A DNA stretch of 64,000 bases, from contig JBHGNT010000009.1 in assembly GCA_043228905.1 (NCBI GenBank), forward strand, positions 11,470,001 to 11,534,000, given 5' to 3'. How positions within the stretch are numbered: position 1 is the first letter of the stretch; each line of letters opens with the position of its first letter. Of this stretch, positions 60,501-64,000 are shown one piece after another. Source of the stretch: Azolla caroliniana. Its lineage: Eukaryota; Plantae; Polypodiophyta. The translations under genes were made by a program, and so were the position numbers. A model generated the notes under the pieces. That model made no database searches. It was not told the origin of the DNA and was given only the letters and a program-made list of their open reading frames with translations.

Positions 60501-63500
60501 ACTCGACCTCATTGGGCACGAGCGACAATGGAGACGCCGATGAAGATCGGGGAGAAGAAAGAGACCGTGGTAGCCTTGATTGACCATGGCTCAGAGATCA
60601 ACCTTATGTCGACTGAGGTCTACAGGAGGGGAAGATGGCCCATAAATACAAATCATGGGTGGAAGATCCATGTTGCTACAAAAGCTACTGAAGACTTGTA
60701 TGGGGCATGTCCTAACATCCCCATCATGATCGGCGACATCGAGATAGATCAACATTTTTTTGTTCAAGACTCGGCGTCCCATCCCATTATTCTTGGGCAA
60801 CCGTACATAACATCATCACGGATGGAAACCAAAGTGTTCGACAATGGTGTAACATTTGCTCGAGTTAGGAGTCTTGATGGGAAGAAGGCCATACAATTCT
60901 TGACTGCACGTGCCAATCATGAAAGCAATCGGGATTGTCTCGGAGAAGATGCTTTGGATGTTTAGAGTGGACTATTGAAGCATGGGGCAGAAATAGTCCG
61001 AGCAATCACAAGTCCCCACAAGAAAATAGAGCGCGTGGATTGCAAGGAGAAGCAACATGTGTCACACCTAGTGGCGCATGTAAACTAGTACTACCCAACA
61101 AAAAGGACAAGCGTCGGATACAAGACTTCGAGAAGATGCTGAAAAAAGAAAACATAATAGAAGAAGAAGAGTTCGTGACTCATATTATGGAAGAAGCCTC
61201 ATTTAACGACACCATCGGCGAAATCGAGGAAGTTGTGGACTTGATCTATCTTCACGACCAACACGTGATTTCAGTTAACTCCATCAACATGTATGCTATC
61301 ATTGATGAATACCATTGTGGCATCCTGATGGAGGAATTTGAAGTCAACACAAAATATAAAAAGGTGGATAAGAAGATCAAGCCAGTTGCGGTTCCGTTAC
61401 TGGAAGATAGCTGGCAAAAGATGAAGGAAGTCACTAACAATCCAAGCTTAAGAGATCCAAAGGCAATAGGTCATGTCTTCACCGAAGAGACAAAAGGGAA
61501 GCTACGAGTTGGAAGGGAGGATTTACTCCTCCCTGAAGAGGAGCAAATGTTTCACGACATGCTTGAGAGGCATGGGAAGGCTTTTGCATTTTTCCCTCAA
61601 GAAATTGGATGTGATGAACCAATGGTGATCTTCACGGTGCTGCACGTGCCTTGGAATTTGAAACCGATACTGGTTCCGAGAGCACACCTACCAAAGTTGA
61701 TTGAGCTCTTAAAGGAGAAGGTGAATATGGGAATTTTGGAACCATCGAATGCTCCTTACTCTAATAGGTGGTTCACTGTGCTGAAGAAGAATGGATCATT
61801 GCGATTCATCCAAGATCTTCAACCTGTCAACATGGTGACAATTCGAAGTGTTGGAATCGGTCCGAGCGTGGACAAATTTGATGAGGCGTTTGCGGGGCCG
61901 GTCCATCTATTCCATTGGCGATCTCTACTTCGGATATGACCAATTCCAGTTGGCAATCGACAGTCGTGGCATTACGACCATGAGGACTCCGATCGGGCTC
62001 GTGCGAATGTGTACCTTACCTCAAGGTGCAACGAACTCGGTGGCTCATGTGGTGAATGCCATGAACAAGGTCTTGAAGGATTGCATCCCTGACATTAGAT
62101 GCCATTCTTGGATGATATTTCGATAAAAGGATGTTCGGATGAGGAGAAAGATGGATCGAAAGATAAGGAAGGGTGTACAAAGTTCGTCGTGGATCATATG
62201 AAAGATTACGAGAAGGTGCTTCAAAGGCTCGAAGATGCGAATTTGACATTTTCGGGAGAAAAATCCACATTCAGGCAACTGGAGATCTTAGTGGTAGGTC
62301 ACTTCGCCATCCAAGGAGAACCTGATCTAGGACATGAAAGAAGAATGCGTAAACCAAACGGAGGTTCGAAGGTTCCTTGGAGCATGCGCGTTTTAGCATA
62401 TCTGAATTCTGCACTACGCTCATGTCACCAAGCCATTATATGGACTACTAAAGAAAAGAATGAAGTTCGAATGGTGAGACGAGCACAAAAACGTGATGTG
62501 AAGATTGAAGAGAGTACTTCTTGAAGCTCCAACACTAAGAAAGGCCGACTATACCAAAGGGAAGCCGATTTATGTGACTGTAGATACGAGCCCAACCGGA
62601 ATTGGGTGGGTCATCAATCAAGAAGGAGAAGATAATGCGTGGTATGCCATCCAGTTCGGAGCAAAGGGTTCTCAGAAAACAACAACAAAGATATGCCCAA
62701 GTCAAGCGGGAACTTTGGGGTATTGTGTCGGCAGTGAAGATGGACAAAGACTACCTGATCAGGTCAGAAGTAATAATTGAGACAGATTTTCTCCCAATCC
62801 TCGGGATGATCTCAAGATGTGCAACACTAGATCTAGCTATGCTAAGGTGGATTGCCTATATCAAGTCTTTAAACCCAGAGATCCGCCATATTGTGGGGAA
62901 GAATGCCATGGCTGACATGTTGTCGAGGGCAAGATTTGAGAATGAAAGTGACATGGTTTCGGAAGATTAAGACGTCACCCTTGACTTCTTCAAGATGACC
63001 CAACTATCGGCGGAAGACAAGGACACGCTAACCCTCCACGCCTTCAACGAGGATGAGTACGAAGGAGAGTGGTTACTGATCAACAGATTCTTAAGAACTA
63101 TGACGACGAATGCTTCATTGACGAAGGAGGAGGCCCTACGAATTCGGAAGAAAGCCTACCAATACTTCTTGAGGGGAGGACTCCTTTGGCGACACCCAAA
63201 AAGAAGGACAGGAATGCCACGTCGAGTGGTGGTAAAGAAAGCAGAGCAAGTGACACTGATGAGCGAATTCCATAAGAGTCCTTGGGCAGGTCATAGAGGA
63301 ACATGGGCAACATTCGAAAAGCTGAAGGAGAAGTATTGGTGGCCAAGCATGTACAAAGATGTATTCTATTTCGTGTCCACATGCGAAACTTGCCAAGTAC
63401 ATTCGAACATACGTCATCGTGATGAGTTACGACTGACATACCCGCTAACCATACACTTCAAATGGATGGTGGATCTGGTCTCGATGCCAATAGGAGTGGG

Positions 63501-63774
63501 ACAAATGAAGTACTTAGTACTGGCAAGAGAAGACCTAACGAATCAAGTGGAAGTACGAGCCTTGGCAAATAGGATGACATCAACTGTTTGCAAATTTCTA
63601 CTCAAAGAGGGTGTTTGCCGATACGGATGTGTGGGAAAGATAGTGGCTAATCAAGGGGAGTTGGATGCATGCGAAGCAACGGAGCTCTTCGATCGACTAG
63701 GCGTGAAGTTCTCCCTCACGCCTGCCTACAATCCAGAAGCGAGGGCATGGACCAATCGTCAAAGCCATCGTACG
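57539..63774 (+). mobile_element. Ty3/Gypsy element K (diverged, AT-richer member of the H/I lineage); continues beyond the insertion at 63775
   Basis: LTR 57539-58709 with terminal inverted repeat TGTCGTGAAGAT/ATCTTCATGATA. Trp PBS at 58718. CVWCDNMDHMRRDC, LIDHGSEINLM, FLDDISIKG, integrase. Confidence 0.9.
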
Positions 63775-64000
63775 TGTTGGGATTTCGGTCCCTCCGGATG
63801 GGATGTCCGGAGATGAATGACGGCAAGCCCGGTTGCGGTTACGGAGCCGGATGATGAAGACCCTGGCTACGGAGCCGGATGATGAAGACCCTGGCTACGG
63901 AGCCGGATGATGAATACCCCGGCTACGGAGCCGGATGATGAAGACCCCAGTTACGGAGCCGGATGCTGAAGACCCCGGTAACGGAGCCGGATGACGAATG
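63775..64000 (+). mobile_element. Start of an LTR inserted in the K integrase, with at least 6 copies of a 28-bp repeat
   Basis: TGTTGGGA...GTCCCTCCGGATGGGA as at 6546. Unit ACGGAGCCGGATGATGAAGACCCTGGCT at 63841, 63869, 63897, 63925, 63953 and 63981. Confidence 0.85.

Overview
Eukaryotic land-plant nuclear DNA, most consistent with a fern or other seed-free plant (inferred from the PLS-class PPR genes and the retroelement lineages). Bases 1-4.2 kb hold two convergent, apparently intronless PLS/E-class PPR genes. Everything from ~4.55 kb to the end is one deeply nested retrotransposon island, which I rebuilt from LTR ends, primer-binding sites (PBS), polypurine tracts (PPT) and target-site duplications (TSD). 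Labels are mine. A minus-strand LINE is split by Copia A (5359-52389). A contains a solo LTR, Copia C (itself containing a solo LTR) and Copia D. D's LTR contains non-autonomous element E, and E contains Copia B (its LTRs hit by Gypsy H and Gypsy F), Gypsy G and Gypsy I. Further right the LINE is hit by chromovirus-type M, then L, then Gypsy K, then another LTR. Most striking observation: the E/F/G family has no PPT at its 3' LTR. A copy of a tRNA-Arg 3' end (...GGCGTGCCA) sits 2 nt before the 3' LTR instead, i.e. a second, inverted PBS, suggesting tRNA priming of both cDNA strands. Also notable: the H/I/K family (tRNA-Trp PBS, 4-bp CpG-centred target sites, covarying -1 frameshift pseudoknot between protease and RT), Tf1-like self-priming in M/L, and antisense tRNA-like Pol III cassettes inside three LTRs. 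All alignments were done by eye and no database searches were run.
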